In this document: one piece after another, positions 9,812-19,248 of the stretch
Layout of the letters: each line of letters begins with the position of its first letter
Numbering within the stretch: position 1 is the first letter of the stretch
NCBI GenBank assembly: GCA_049691735.1
Contig: JBAVOD010000343.1
Coordinates: 1 to 42,024, forward strand
DNA from: Bacteroidales bacterium
Lineage (GTDB): Bacteria > Bacteroidota > Bacteroidia > Bacteroidales > VadinHA17
Direction: 5' to 3'
DNA: 42,024 bases
Translations under genes and position numbers: made by a program
The notes under the pieces: generated by a model
What the model was told of the DNA's origin: nothing
Seen by the model: the letters and a program-made list of their open reading frames with translations, nothing else
Databases searched by the model: none

Positions 9812-10348
9812 ATGAAAGAAATCAAGATCCTCGATAAAACATTCAGGGAATACCTTTCCGCTGAACAAATCCAGAAAAAGATAATTGAATTAGCTGAAAC
9901 CATTAACAGGGATTATGCCGGACAGGAAGTGATGTTCGTCGGGATTCTGAACGGTGCTTTCATGTTCGCCTGTGATCTTTTCAAAAGGATCAATCTGAAG
10001 GCACGGATCACATTCATTAAGCTGGCGTCTTACCAGGGAACCAGCTCCTCAGGTGCAATAAGGGAGCTGATAGGGTGGAACGAGGATCTGAGCCAGAAGA
10101 TGGTTATAATCATAGAAGATATTGTTGATACCGGCAGCACGCTTGAATATACAGTCGAGAACCTTGTGATCAGAAATGTAAAAAGCGTCAGGATAGCAGC
10201 CCTGCTCCTCAAGCCGGCTGCGTATAAGAAAAGCATTCCCATCGACTACCTGGGCTTTGAAATACCCAATGATTTCGTGATTGGTTACGGCCTCGATTAT
10301 GACGGGTTCGGCCGCAACCTGCCTTCAGTTTATAAATTAGTAGTTTAA
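9812..10348 (+). CDS. hpt: Hypoxanthine phosphoribosyltransferase
   Basis: PRPP-binding loop VIIIEDIVDTGSTL and the C-terminal GYGLDYDGFGRNLP motif. The length is 178 aa. Confidence 0.9.
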   Translation: MKEIKILDKTFREYLSAEQIQKKIIELAETINRDYAGQEVMFVGILNGAFMFACDLFKRINLKARITFIKLASYQGTSSSGAIRELIGWNEDLSQKMVIIIEDIVDTGSTLEYTVENLVIRNVKSVRIAALLLKPAAYKKSIPIDYLGFEIPNDFVIGYGLDYDGFGRNLPSVYKLVV

Positions 10349-10364
10349 TAAAAAGTTTTGTTTT

Positions 10365-10940
10365 ATGGTAAATTTCCTGATTTTTGGCCCTCCCGGTTCG
10401 GGTAAGGGAACCCAGTCAGTCAGGCTGGCTGAGAAATTCAATCTGACACATCTTTCAACGGGCGATATGCTTCGGGCTGAAATCGCATCAGGCACTGACC
10501 TCGGAAAAAGGATGAGTTCAATCATGTCGACGGGTGAACTTGTCCCCGATGAGGTTGTTATTGAAATGATTGCCTCCCGGATTGACGGTTCAGGGAAAAC
10601 CTCCGGATTTCTCTTTGACGGATTCCCGAGAACTGTGGCACAGACTATTGCACTTGAAAAGATGCTTAACGAGAGGGGAATGAAGATCGACAGCATGCTT
10701 GTACTGGATGTCAGTCATGTCGAGTTGGTCAAAAGACTGGCCCTGAGGGCTGACCAGTCGGGCAGACCTGATGACCGCGATCCGGCGGTGATTGAGAACA
10801 GGATAGAGGTGTACAGGGCAAAGACGGAACCGATAATCGAATATTGCACGAAGAGGGGTATTTACCAGCCTGTTAATGGGATGGGTACAATTGACGAGAT
10901 ATTTGAAAGGCTTTCGGATTTCATAAAGAAATTCCTTTAG
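10365..10940 (+). CDS. adk: Adenylate kinase (short-lid type)
   Basis: P-loop GPPGSGKGTQ, LSTGDMLR and DGFPRTVAQ. Confidence 0.95.
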   Translation: MVNFLIFGPPGSGKGTQSVRLAEKFNLTHLSTGDMLRAEIASGTDLGKRMSSIMSTGELVPDEVVIEMIASRIDGSGKTSGFLFDGFPRTVAQTIALEKMLNERGMKIDSMLVLDVSHVELVKRLALRADQSGRPDDRDPAVIENRIEVYRAKTEPIIEYCTKRGIYQPVNGMGTIDEIFERLSDFIKKFL

Positions 10941-10974
10941 CCTGCCGGCGCCGGAGTATAAGAAATATTAATAA

Positions 10975-11967
10975 ATGGCAGGATCGAATTTTGTTGATTA
11001 TGTAAAGATTTACTGCCGCTCGGGAAAGGGCGGTGCGGGATCGGCGCATCTGCGAAGGGAGAAGTTCATCCCTAAAGGCGGACCTGACGGCGGCGACGGC
11101 GGAAGGGGAGGACATGTGATCCTAAGGGGCAACAGTCAGATGTGGACTTTACTCCACCTCCGGTACCGTCGCCATATCTTTGCAGAGAACGGCAAACCGG
11201 GAGGTCGCCAGCAATCCACTGGTGCCGATGGGAACGATGTGATCGTTGATGTTCCCCTGGGCACCGTTGCAAGGGATGAATTGACAGACGAGGTATTGTT
11301 CGAGATAACGGCCCACGATGACGAAAAGATACTTGCAAAAGGAGGGCGTGGCGGACAGGGCAATACCCATTTCAAGTCACCCACCAACCAGACCCCCCGG
11401 TATGCCCAGCCGGGCGAGCCGGGCATAGAGGGCACATTCATCCTTGAGCTGAAAATACTTGCCGATGTGGGACTTGTCGGATTCCCGAACGTCGGAAAAT
11501 CAACCCTCCTTTCAGTTGTATCGGCTGCAAAACCAAAAATCGCAGACTATCCCTTTACTACTATGGTGCCTTCCATCGGGATTGTCCCCTACCATGGTGA
11601 AAAATCATTCATAATGGCCGACATTCCGGGCATTATTGAAGGTGCGCACGAAGGAAAAGGGCTGGGCCTCAGGTTTCTGAGGCATATTGAAAGGAATTCG
11701 ATGCTGCTGTTTGTTATTCCTGCGGACAGCAAAAATATTTCTGAGGAATACAACATCTTACTTAACGAGCTTAGAATATATAATCCCGAACTCCTTGACA
11801 AGCTGAGAGCACTTGCTATCTCGAAATCAGATCTGCTCGACGAGGAGCTTAAGGAAGAAATCAGAAAGGAACTGCCTCCCTTATCCTATGTATTCATCTC
11901 TTCAATAACAGGCCAGGGCATTCCAAAACTTAAGGAGGTGATCTGGAAAATGCTTAACAACTACTGA
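10975..11967 (+). CDS. obg: GTPase Obg/CgtA
   Basis: Obg-fold glycine-rich N-terminus ([14 protein letters not shown]) and the G-domain motifs [20 protein letters not shown] and SKSD. Confidence 0.95.
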   Translation: MAGSNFVDYVKIYCRSGKGGAGSAHLRREKFIPKGGPDGGDGGRGGHVILRGNSQMWTLLHLRYRRHIFAENGKPGGRQQSTGADGNDVIVDVPLGTVARDELTDEVLFEITAHDDEKILAKGGRGGQGNTHFKSPTNQTPRYAQPGEPGIEGTFILELKILADVGLVGFPNVGKSTLLSVVSAAKPKIADYPFTTMVPSIGIVPYHGEKSFIMADIPGIIEGAHEGKGLGLRFLRHIERNSMLLFVIPADSKNISEEYNILLNELRIYNPELLDKLRALAISKSDLLDEELKEEIRKELPPLSYVFISSITGQGIPKLKEVIWKMLNNY

Positions 11968-12560
11968 TGACCATGCTTGAAAACGCCGAACACCTCGACC
12001 AGCAGATTTTTTTATTCATCAATTCAGCCCATTCGCCAATCTGGGACAAAATCATGAGTTTTATGAGCCTTATAAGTGTATGGGTGCCACTCTATCTGGC
12101 GATACTCATTTATCTGGGCTTCAGATACAGAAGGAAATTCCTAATAATTATCCTTTTTATTGCAGTGGCCATTACCCTATCCGACCAGATCTCAGTTCTT
12201 ATAAAGAACAGCGTCGACCGCCTCCGGCCATGTCATGATCCTGAATTGCAGGGACTCGTACATATTGTTAACGGCACCTGTGGAGGATTGTACGGTTTTG
12301 TATCGTCTCACGCTGCAAATACGTTCAATGTCGCTATGCTGACTCTTCTCCTGATCAGAAGAAGGTGGTATTCGGTGTTTATGATCATCTGGGCTGCGGT
12401 CATCAGTTACAGCAGGGTTTATCTTGGTGTACACTATCCCGGAGATGTGCTTTTCGGCTCGCTCGTGGGACTCCTCCTTGGCTGGACAATGTATAAACTT
12501 TATGAATTGACCGACAGGAAGGTGCTTCAGCACAGGGCATATTTTAACCCGGCACACTGA
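11967..12560 (+). CDS. PAP2-family membrane phosphatase (undecaprenyl-diphosphatase-like)
   Basis: Acid-phosphatase motifs KNSVDRLRP, SSHAAN and SRVYLGVHYPGDV, with multiple TM helices. The start shares one nucleotide with the obg stop (TGATG). Confidence 0.85.
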   Translation: MTMLENAEHLDQQIFLFINSAHSPIWDKIMSFMSLISVWVPLYLAILIYLGFRYRRKFLIIILFIAVAITLSDQISVLIKNSVDRLRPCHDPELQGLVHIVNGTCGGLYGFVSSHAANTFNVAMLTLLLIRRRWYSVFMIIWAAVISYSRVYLGVHYPGDVLFGSLVGLLLGWTMYKLYELTDRKVLQHRAYFNPAH

Positions 12561-12639
12561 GCAGGTGCAACTCCGCTGTTTCCGGTTCTCTCACCGGCGT
12601 AGCCGTTGATGGATTATTAAAGATTTCGGCAAAGTAGAA

Positions 12640-13674
12640 ATGTACTGCATCAGCCTCGAAACTACAGACCCGTTTTTCAACCTTGCGGTTGATCAGTTCC
12701 TGCTTGAAAATACAACTGATGAATTCCTGATCCTCGGAGTAAATGAAAGCTCGGTCATAATTGGTAAGCACCAGGTAGCTCACAGGGAAGCAGATACAAG
12801 GTTCATTTCCGCCCATAATATACCTCTTCTTCGCAGGATCTCCGGAGGAGGCGCTGTGTACCACGACAGGGGCAACCTGAATTTTTCGTTCATAATGAAC
12901 AGTCAGCCGGGAAAGCAGATCGATTTCAGTAAATACACCCAACCGGTGATGGCTTTCCTGTCTTCGCTTGGCATTCAGGCAGTTTTTGAAGGCAAGAACG
13001 ATCTTACGGTCGGCGGACTGAAGATCTCAGGAAATGCCGAACATATTTACAGGAACAGGGTACTGCATCATGGTACCTTATTATTTGACACAGATCTTGA
13101 AATGATGCGGCGCGCCCTGAGGCGCGACACCTCCGGATACCATACAAGGGCCGTGGCATCAAATCCGTCACGGGTTGTGAACCTTGCAGATGTTATCGGC
13201 AACGTGGTTAAAAACGTTGGAGACAACGTAGGAAGCAACGTAGAAAGCTATGTAGGAAGCTATGTAGGAAGCTATGTAGGAAGCAACGTTGCAAACATTT
13301 CCGGTTTTAAAACCGTTATGATGAACTGGCTCCTGGAAAATACCCCCGGAGCCTCCGTGGCGAACCTTACCGGAGAACAGTTGACAGCTGCCGGAGCACT
13401 GGCTCAATCGAGATATGCAACATGGGAATGGAATTATGGATACGGGCCGGAGTACCATTTTGAAAACAGCTTCAAATATAAGGGTCACACATCGGAATGC
13501 ACCATGTTCGTCAAAGACGGGATCATATGGGAGTGCTCCGTCAATGAACCCGCTGAGCTGGCATCAGCCGCGAAAAAGCTGATAGGATGCAGGCATATGG
13601 TGGAGGATATCTGGAAGGTTCTGCTTAACGAAAATATAAGGGAAGAGGAACTTGATGTTTTTGAATTCTTCTGA
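12640..13674 (+). CDS. lplA: Lipoate-protein ligase A, with an internal tetrapeptide-repeat insert
   Basis: LplA/BPL_LplA_LipB features are present: NLAVDQFLL, VIIGKHQ, RRISGGGAVYHDRGNLNFSF, KISGNAEH and HHGTLLFD. A C-terminal LplA-type domain follows. Confidence 0.85.
   Translation: MYCISLETTDPFFNLAVDQFLLENTTDEFLILGVNESSVIIGKHQVAHREADTRFISAHNIPLLRRISGGGAVYHDRGNLNFSFIMNSQPGKQIDFSKYTQPVMAFLSSLGIQAVFEGKNDLTVGGLKISGNAEHIYRNRVLHHGTLLFDTDLEMMRRALRRDTSGYHTRAVASNPSRVVNLADVIGNVVKNVGDNVGSNVESYVGSYVGSYVGSNVANISGFKTVMMNWLLENTPGASVANLTGEQLTAAGALAQSRYATWEWNYGYGPEYHFENSFKYKGHTSECTMFVKDGIIWECSVNEPAELASAAKKLIGCRHMVEDIWKVLLNENIREEELDVFEFF
13201..13296 (+). repeat. In-frame degenerate 12-bp tandem repeat (about 8 units) inside lplA
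   Basis: The units are aacgtggttaaa, aacgttggagac, aacgtaggaagc, aacgtagaaagc, tatgtaggaagc x3 (perfect copies) and aacgttgcaaac. They encode NVVK NVGD NVGS NVES YVGS YVGS YVGS NVAN. Confidence 0.9.
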
Positions 13675-13706
13675 TATTTGCGGTTAGAGGGGAGACTTCC
13701 GATATT

Positions 13707-13875
13707 GGAATGGACCACCCCCTATGATCCCCCTGGGAGGGGGATGGGTGCGGAAATGATATTCAGTAGCTCAGCCCCCCTCCGGGGGGGTTGGGGGGTA
13801 GACAAAGCTGGGGGTTGGGGGGAATGGACCACCCCCTATGATCCCCCTGGGAGGGGGATGGGTGCGGAAATGATA
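13707..13875. repeat. Intergenic repeat locus 3: two perfect 55-bp direct repeats flanking a C-run/G-tract core
   Basis: 13707-13761 and 13821-13875 are identical (ggaatggaccaccccctatgatccccctgggagggggatgggtgcggaaatgata). The core at 13775-13822 is CCCCCCTCCGGGGGGGTTGGGGGGTAGACAAAGCTGGGGGTTGGGGGG. Confidence 0.9.
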
Positions 13876-13888
13876 AACAAAGTGGTTT

Positions 13889-14623
13889 ATGGATCTGTTT
13901 AAATCAATAATCGTCTGGCTGATTGGCATTACCTGGGTAATTGTGCTCTTTCCGCTGACCTTTATCATCTGGCTGTTAGTACTGCCTTTCGATCATGAAA
14001 GACGACTGATTCACTGGCTGCTGATGTATCAGAGTTTTTTCCTGTGCCGGCTGATCCCGATCTGGACCATCCGCATCGAGGGAAGGGGAAAAGCACTGAA
14101 GAATACTACCTATGTCATTATATCCAACCATCAGTCGATGCTCGACATTCTTATGATCAACTGCCTCCGCTACCGTTTTAAATGGGTATCGAAGATCGAG
14201 AACATGAAAGTCCCGGTTCTTGGATGGTATTTGAGAATGGCAAAATATATCATTGTTGACCGGGACAACACGGAGAGTAGGGAAGAAATGCTTGAAATTT
14301 CATACATGCATCTTAAAAAAGGCATGTCAGTGATGCTGTTCCCTGAAGGTACAAGGTCACAGGATGGCGAATTAGGATTTTTTAAAAGAGGAGCTTTCCA
14401 GCTTGCACTTGAAACCGGCCGGCCTATCCTGCCGATCCTTATTGATGGTACCGGGAGCGTTCTGCCAAAACATGGATTTGTTTTCAAAACAGGGCATAAC
14501 ATAATGATCAGGGTACTGGATCCTGTGCTTCCCCGCAATTTTGGCACGGGCGATCCGGATGCGCTTGCGGCGGTTTTCAAAAAGAGGATGGGCGACATTC
14601 TGCATGATATACGCAAACAGTAA
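13889..14623 (+). CDS. 1-acyl-sn-glycerol-3-phosphate acyltransferase family protein (PlsC-like)
   Basis: Acyltransferase motifs NHQSMLD (HX4D) and FPEGTRS, with an N-terminal TM helix. Confidence 0.85.
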   Translation: MDLFKSIIVWLIGITWVIVLFPLTFIIWLLVLPFDHERRLIHWLLMYQSFFLCRLIPIWTIRIEGRGKALKNTTYVIISNHQSMLDILMINCLRYRFKWVSKIENMKVPVLGWYLRMAKYIIVDRDNTESREEMLEISYMHLKKGMSVMLFPEGTRSQDGELGFFKRGAFQLALETGRPILPILIDGTGSVLPKHGFVFKTGHNIMIRVLDPVLPRNFGTGDPDALAAVFKKRMGDILHDIRKQ

Positions 14624-14627
14624 AAGA

Positions 14628-15404
14628 ATGACCTCCAACGTCTCATACAGGCTTATGCTCCACAGGATGGGATATTATGATTACCAGCAGGGGCTTATAT
14701 ATCGTCACCTGAATCAGGAAGGAGGATGGAGCAGCCACCTTGAAAACTGCAGGAAATTTATACTTGACGCCGCTGACATTATCAAACCATCGGTGATAAC
14801 AGTGCTGGGGAGCGGCTGGTTGCTGGATGTCCCGTTAACGGAACTTGCTGAGCGCGCTACTACCGTCAACCTTGTTGATATTGTCCATCCGCCGGAAGTT
14901 AAAAGCCAGGTTGCCGGACTAAAGAATGTGATTTTAAGGGAGGATGATGTTACGGGAGGGTTGATTTCGGAGGTCTGGAAAAAAGCAGGACACCGGACAT
15001 TCCTGAATAAGCTGCGGACCTTCGGATCGATTGATGTCAGCGAATATCAGCCGCAGTACGATCCTGGCATGGTGGTCTCGCTTAACATCATTACCCAGCT
15101 CGAAACAATACCGTTAAGGTTGCTCAGGAAAAAGTCTTCTGCAGATATGTCTGCAATTACAGGGTTCAGGAAACTAATTCAGGAGAAGCACCTTTCCTTT
15201 CTGTTGAAACACCGGTCGGTCCTGATTTCCGACATTGCTGAAGTGGAGACTGAATCGTCCGGGAGGATAAATGAGATCAGATCGCTGCTGGCAGAACTTC
15301 CTGAATCGGAACACACAATGAGCTGGACCTGGAATTTTGAGACCAGGGCCCCGGATTTTTATACAAAAAAATCGGTTTTCAGAGTAACTGCATTAATTAT
15401 CTGA
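14628..15404 (+). CDS. Hypothetical protein, possibly a class I SAM-methyltransferase-like Rossmann fold
   Basis: I chose the start at ATG 14628 (MTSNVSY...), which avoids overlap with the plsC-like gene. Weak motif series: VITVLGSGWLLD (motif I-like), VNLVDIV, ILREDDV and MVVSLNIITQL. The fold call is an inference. Confidence 0.45.
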   Translation: MTSNVSYRLMLHRMGYYDYQQGLIYRHLNQEGGWSSHLENCRKFILDAADIIKPSVITVLGSGWLLDVPLTELAERATTVNLVDIVHPPEVKSQVAGLKNVILREDDVTGGLISEVWKKAGHRTFLNKLRTFGSIDVSEYQPQYDPGMVVSLNIITQLETIPLRLLRKKSSADMSAITGFRKLIQEKHLSFLLKHRSVLISDIAEVETESSGRINEIRSLLAELPESEHTMSWTWNFETRAPDFYTKKSVFRVTALII

Positions 15405-15405
15405 T

Positions 15406-17202
15406 ATGACCCAGGAAGAAATAAGAAAGACCTATAATGACCTTAAGTCAGGTTATGAAAAGCAACTTGCCCTTCTAAAAAAACATCAGCTGGCAGTTTC
15501 ACTGCTCAGGCTTCTGGCATTTGCCGGGGGAGGCATCCTGACTGCCGTTGCATTCGGTCATTCTTTAATTTCAGGGATCCTGCTCCTGTTGGTGACAATC
15601 GTTTCATTTCTTTTTCTTGTAAGAAGATCGCATCAGTATGCTGAAAAAATTGCAGTCACCGAAAATCTGATCAACATCAACAGCAACGAAATAAATAGCC
15701 TGAATGGCGATAATACCGCATTTGACGGGGGCACGGACTTCATCGATCCGGATCATGATTTTTCAGGTGACATCGACCTGTTCGGGCAGGATTCGTTATT
15801 CAGGTACATTAACCGGACTGTGACGGGCTGGGGCAGGGCGATCCTTGCAGAATGGCTTTCCGATCCTTACAGCATCAGAAATGAGATCCATTCGAGGCAG
15901 GAAGCAATAAGGGATCTTTCCTCCAGGCTCCAGTGGCGCCAGCAGTTCATGGCGTACGGTATGAACAAAAAACTTGACGAGGAAACGATCGGAAGCCTCA
16001 GGGAATGGCTTAAAGAAGATGAAATGTTCTTAACTGCGGGTCTTTTCAGGCTGTTATCGTTCATGTTGCCGTCAGCAACTCTGATCAGCCTTATTCTTGT
16101 GATCGCAGGACTGCTTCCGGTTAATTTATTCCTTTTATTGTTTATTGTCAATCTCAGTCTGATCGGAGTTTTTTTGAAAAAGATAAACAAAATACATCTC
16201 AGGGTTTCACAGAAGCACCTTCTCCTGTCGTCTGTGGGCCATCTCGCAGGCTCCTTTGAAAAGGAGGAGTTCGAATCTTCGCTCATGGCCGGGATCAGGA
16301 AGAAGATCTGGGCAGACAACGATTCAGTAGTGGGAAAGATCAGAGCGCTGGAGCGGATCATACAGGCATTCGACAGCAGGCTCAACCTGTTTGTGGGATT
16401 GATCCTGAACGGGCTGTTCCTGTGGGATTTCCACTGTATCCGGAGGCTTGAAGAATGGAGGTCTTCTGCAGCTTCTGACCTTCCGGTCTGGCTAAATCTT
16501 TTAGGAGTTACCGATGCTCTCAACAGTTTAGCTAATTATGCATTTAATGATCCGGATTATTGTTATCCCCGAATAACCGACGGCAGCCTGGTACTTGAGG
16601 CTGTAAAAATGGGCCACCCGCTTTTGAGGAGAGGGGTAAGGATTGATAATGATTTCACAATTGGCGAGGGCAGGGTTGTCATCGTTACCGGTGCCAATAT
16701 GGCAGGCAAGAGCACATTCCTGCGCACTGTTGCCGCAAATATGATCCTGGGCATGGCCGGTGCCCCGGTATGCGCTGAAAAGATGAATCTGAGACCCGCA
16801 AAACTTTTCACAAGCATGCGTACAACAGACTCGCTCAGCCAGAACGAGTCGTATTTCTATGCTGAGCTGAAGAGGCTTAAGGTCCTTAAGGAGAGGCTTG
16901 AAAAGGGCGATAACATACTTTTCATACTCGATGAAATCCTGAAGGGCACCAATTCAACAGATAAAAGTATGGGATCAAAGCTTTTCCTCAGACGGGTAAT
17001 TGATGCCGGAGCAACAGGCCTTATTGCCACGCATGATATATCACTTGGGGAGATGGAAAATGAATTTCCCCTCAATGTGGTGAATAAGTGTTTTGAAATA
17101 GAGATTGACGGGGAAAAGATCATGTTCGATTATATCCTTCGCGACGGGATTACCCATAAAATGAATGCGGCTCTCCTTATGAAGCAAATGGGCATTGCCT
17201 GA
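15406..17202 (+). CDS. Membrane-anchored MutS-related ATPase, with MutS domain V and no mismatch-binding domain
   Basis: C-terminal MutS ATPase motifs GANMAGKSTFLR (Walker A), SLSQNESYFYAE, FILDEILKGTNS (Walker B) and ATHD. The N-terminal half has about 4 hydrophobic helices (residues about 30-75 and 205-260) and no MutS domain I. Confidence 0.8.
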   Translation: MTQEEIRKTYNDLKSGYEKQLALLKKHQLAVSLLRLLAFAGGGILTAVAFGHSLISGILLLLVTIVSFLFLVRRSHQYAEKIAVTENLININSNEINSLNGDNTAFDGGTDFIDPDHDFSGDIDLFGQDSLFRYINRTVTGWGRAILAEWLSDPYSIRNEIHSRQEAIRDLSSRLQWRQQFMAYGMNKKLDEETIGSLREWLKEDEMFLTAGLFRLLSFMLPSATLISLILVIAGLLPVNLFLLLFIVNLSLIGVFLKKINKIHLRVSQKHLLLSSVGHLAGSFEKEEFESSLMAGIRKKIWADNDSVVGKIRALERIIQAFDSRLNLFVGLILNGLFLWDFHCIRRLEEWRSSAASDLPVWLNLLGVTDALNSLANYAFNDPDYCYPRITDGSLVLEAVKMGHPLLRRGVRIDNDFTIGEGRVVIVTGANMAGKSTFLRTVAANMILGMAGAPVCAEKMNLRPAKLFTSMRTTDSLSQNESYFYAELKRLKVLKERLEKGDNILFILDEILKGTNSTDKSMGSKLFLRRVIDAGATGLIATHDISLGEMENEFPLNVVNKCFEIEIDGEKIMFDYILRDGITHKMNAALLMKQMGIA

Positions 17203-17350
17203 GCCTGTCATTTATCAACAAAAATATACCGGATGTAATTATCAACTAATCAGATAAATATTACGGAACATCTTTTTGCGTCTGTTTTCAGGTGCTCATA
17301 ATTCTCCTTCGTTGTTGAAAAATTTAGAAACCTGAACTTGCGTAAATGAC

Positions 17351-17358
17351 TATATTTG
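17351..17358 (+). promoter_or_regulatory. Candidate -7 promoter box (TATATTTG) for parE
   Basis: Exact TAnnTTTG match 17 nt upstream of the parE ATG, at the end of a 172-bp AT-rich spacer. The -33 element is unclear. Confidence 0.35.
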
Positions 17359-17374
17359 CGCAAAATTCTGCAAA

Positions 17375-19222
17375 ATGTCGGTTGTTGGATATTCTGAAGA
17401 ACATATCAAGACCCTTGAATGGCGTGAGCATATCAGGCTGAGGCCGGGTATGTACATCGGGAAGCTGGGTGACGGTTCATCGCAGGATGACGGCATATAT
17501 GTGCTGATTAAAGAGGTGATGGATAATTCGATCGATGAACACATGATGGGTTTCGGGAAGAAGATTGATGTCTCGATCAATGGCCAGGAGGTAAGGATCC
17601 GCGATTACGGAAGAGGTATTCCTTTAGGAAAAGTGACAGAGGCTGTTTCGCGGATGAATACCGGGGCAAAGTACGATTCGAAGGCGTTCAAGAAATCAGT
17701 GGGCCTTAATGGAGTCGGAGTGAAAGCCGTTAACGCCCTGTCGAGCCGGTTTGTCATCAGGTCGGTGCGTGATGGACAGATCAAGTTCAGCGAGTTTGAA
17801 CACGGGATCACTGTAAAGGACTATCCCATAACGCCGACAACGGAGGAGAACGGAGTGGAGGTCATCTTTCAGCCTGACGAATCAATGTTCGGGAACTATT
17901 TCTATATTTCGGAATACGTTGATTCGATGCTGAAGAACTACGTATACCTGAATGCGGGACTTGTAATTTATTTTAACGGAAACAAATTCTTTTCAAAGAA
18001 TGGCCTTGCTGACCTGCTGAATGACAACATGAACAAGGAAGGCATTTATCCGGTTGTCCATCTGAAAGGCGAGGATATTGAGGTTGCATTTACCCATGGG
18101 CTGCAGTACGGCGAAGACTATTACAGTTTCGTGAACGGCCAGAATACAACCCAGGGCGGCAGCCACCTGATTGCATTCAAGGAGGCCTTCGTGAAAACCA
18201 TCAGGGATTTCTACAAGAAAGACTACGATCCGTCCGATATCAGGTCATCAATAATCGCCGCCATCGCTATCAAAGTCGAAGAACCGATCTTTGAATCCCA
18301 GACAAAGACCAAGCTGGGATCTAAGGATATGGGACCTGAGGGGCCGTCTGTCAGGAACTTCATTAATGAATTCATCAAAAAACAGCTGGATGATTATCTT
18401 CATAAAAATCCGGAAACTGCCAGGATAATTCTCAAAAAGATACAGGACTCTGAAAAGGAACGGAAAGCCATTTCATCAATACAGAAACTCGCCAGGGACA
18501 GGGCAAAGAAGGTCAGTCTGCACAACAAAAAGCTGAGGGACTGCAGGATACATTATAATACAAATGATGCCCGAAAGCTTGAATCCACCATCTTCATTAC
18601 AGAGGGAGATTCGGCAAGCGGCTCGATAACCAAGTCGCGTGATGTGGAGACTCAGGCCGTATTCAGCCTGAGAGGCAAGCCCCTCAACTCGTTCGGCCTG
18701 ACAAAGAAAATTGTTTATGAGAATGAGGAGTTCAACCTGCTTCAGGCTGCTCTCAATGTTGAGGACGGGATAGATGACCTCAGGTACAATAACGTTGTGA
18801 TTGCCACTGACGCAGATGTTGACGGAATGCATATCCGGTTGCTTCTGCTGACATTCTTCCTTCAGTTCTTCCCCGATCTCGTTAAGAAGGGCCATGTTTA
18901 TATACTTCAGACTCCGCTTTTCAGGGTAAGGAATAAGAAGGAAACACGATACTGCTACTCTCCTGATGAAAGAGCAAAGGCTATCAAAGCCCTTGGTCCT
19001 GATCCGGAAATAACAAGGTTCAAAGGCCTTGGAGAAATATCTCCTGATGAATTCGGGCATTTCATCGGTAAGGACATGAGGCTCGAACCGGTAAGGATGA
19101 AGAAAAATGATGCGGTGAACGGCTACCTCGAATTTTACATGGGAAAGAACACTCCTGACAGGCAGGACTTCATTATCGAAAACCTGAGGGTTGAAGAAGA
19201 CCTTGTTACGGAAGAGAAATAA
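17375..19222 (+). CDS. parE: Type IIA topoisomerase B subunit, most likely topoisomerase IV ParE
   Basis: GHKL ATPase motifs ([15 protein letters not shown]) and Toprim motifs ([22 protein letters not shown]). The 615-aa length and adjacency to a ParC-type A subunit favour ParE over GyrB. Confidence 0.8.
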   Translation: MSVVGYSEEHIKTLEWREHIRLRPGMYIGKLGDGSSQDDGIYVLIKEVMDNSIDEHMMGFGKKIDVSINGQEVRIRDYGRGIPLGKVTEAVSRMNTGAKYDSKAFKKSVGLNGVGVKAVNALSSRFVIRSVRDGQIKFSEFEHGITVKDYPITPTTEENGVEVIFQPDESMFGNYFYISEYVDSMLKNYVYLNAGLVIYFNGNKFFSKNGLADLLNDNMNKEGIYPVVHLKGEDIEVAFTHGLQYGEDYYSFVNGQNTTQGGSHLIAFKEAFVKTIRDFYKKDYDPSDIRSSIIAAIAIKVEEPIFESQTKTKLGSKDMGPEGPSVRNFINEFIKKQLDDYLHKNPETARIILKKIQDSEKERKAISSIQKLARDRAKKVSLHNKKLRDCRIHYNTNDARKLESTIFITEGDSASGSITKSRDVETQAVFSLRGKPLNSFGLTKKIVYENEEFNLLQAALNVEDGIDDLRYNNVVIATDADVDGMHIRLLLLTFFLQFFPDLVKKGHVYILQTPLFRVRNKKETRYCYSPDERAKAIKALGPDPEITRFKGLGEISPDEFGHFIGKDMRLEPVRMKKNDAVNGYLEFYMGKNTPDRQDFIIENLRVEEDLVTEEK

Positions 19223-19248
19223 CCCAGTTTAAGGATGCAGGTTAAGTT

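Noticed and set aside
13784-13822. Telomere-like TTGGGG repeats.
   Set aside because: The resemblance to the ciliate telomeric repeat is only a couple of units inside a bacterial intergenic hairpin element. It is relevant only as an indicator of G4 propensity.
13707-13875. Possible CRISPR array, seen as identical 55-bp repeats separated by a 59-bp spacer.
   Set aside because: There are only two copies. The intervening sequence is itself a member of the dispersed repeat family. The repeat length is atypical, and there are no cas genes in the window.
13678-13968. Small ORFs of 74 aa (13678-13902, +) and 65 aa (13771-13968, -) in the lplA/plsC spacer. The plus-strand ORF encodes the duplicated peptide EWTTPYDPPGRGMGAEMI.
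   Set aside because: They are read-throughs of the GC-hairpin/G-tract repeats. The duplicated peptide simply reflects the 55-bp direct repeat. The Pro/Gly-rich composition follows from C- and G-runs, and the 74-aa ORF overlaps the plsC-like start. I treat the region as non-coding repeat DNA.
14541-14627. The upstream start (14541) for the methyltransferase-like ORF, and the alternative TTG starts at 27577 (gpmI), 38217 (coaX) and 21855 (aroK).
   Set aside because: The extension at 14541 overlaps the upstream plsC-like gene by 83 nt. The 21855 start only adds one TTG codon directly upstream of an in-frame ATG that already overlaps the parC stop. The 27577 and 38217 starts add non-conserved residues upstream of an in-frame ATG that aligns with the conserved N-terminus.
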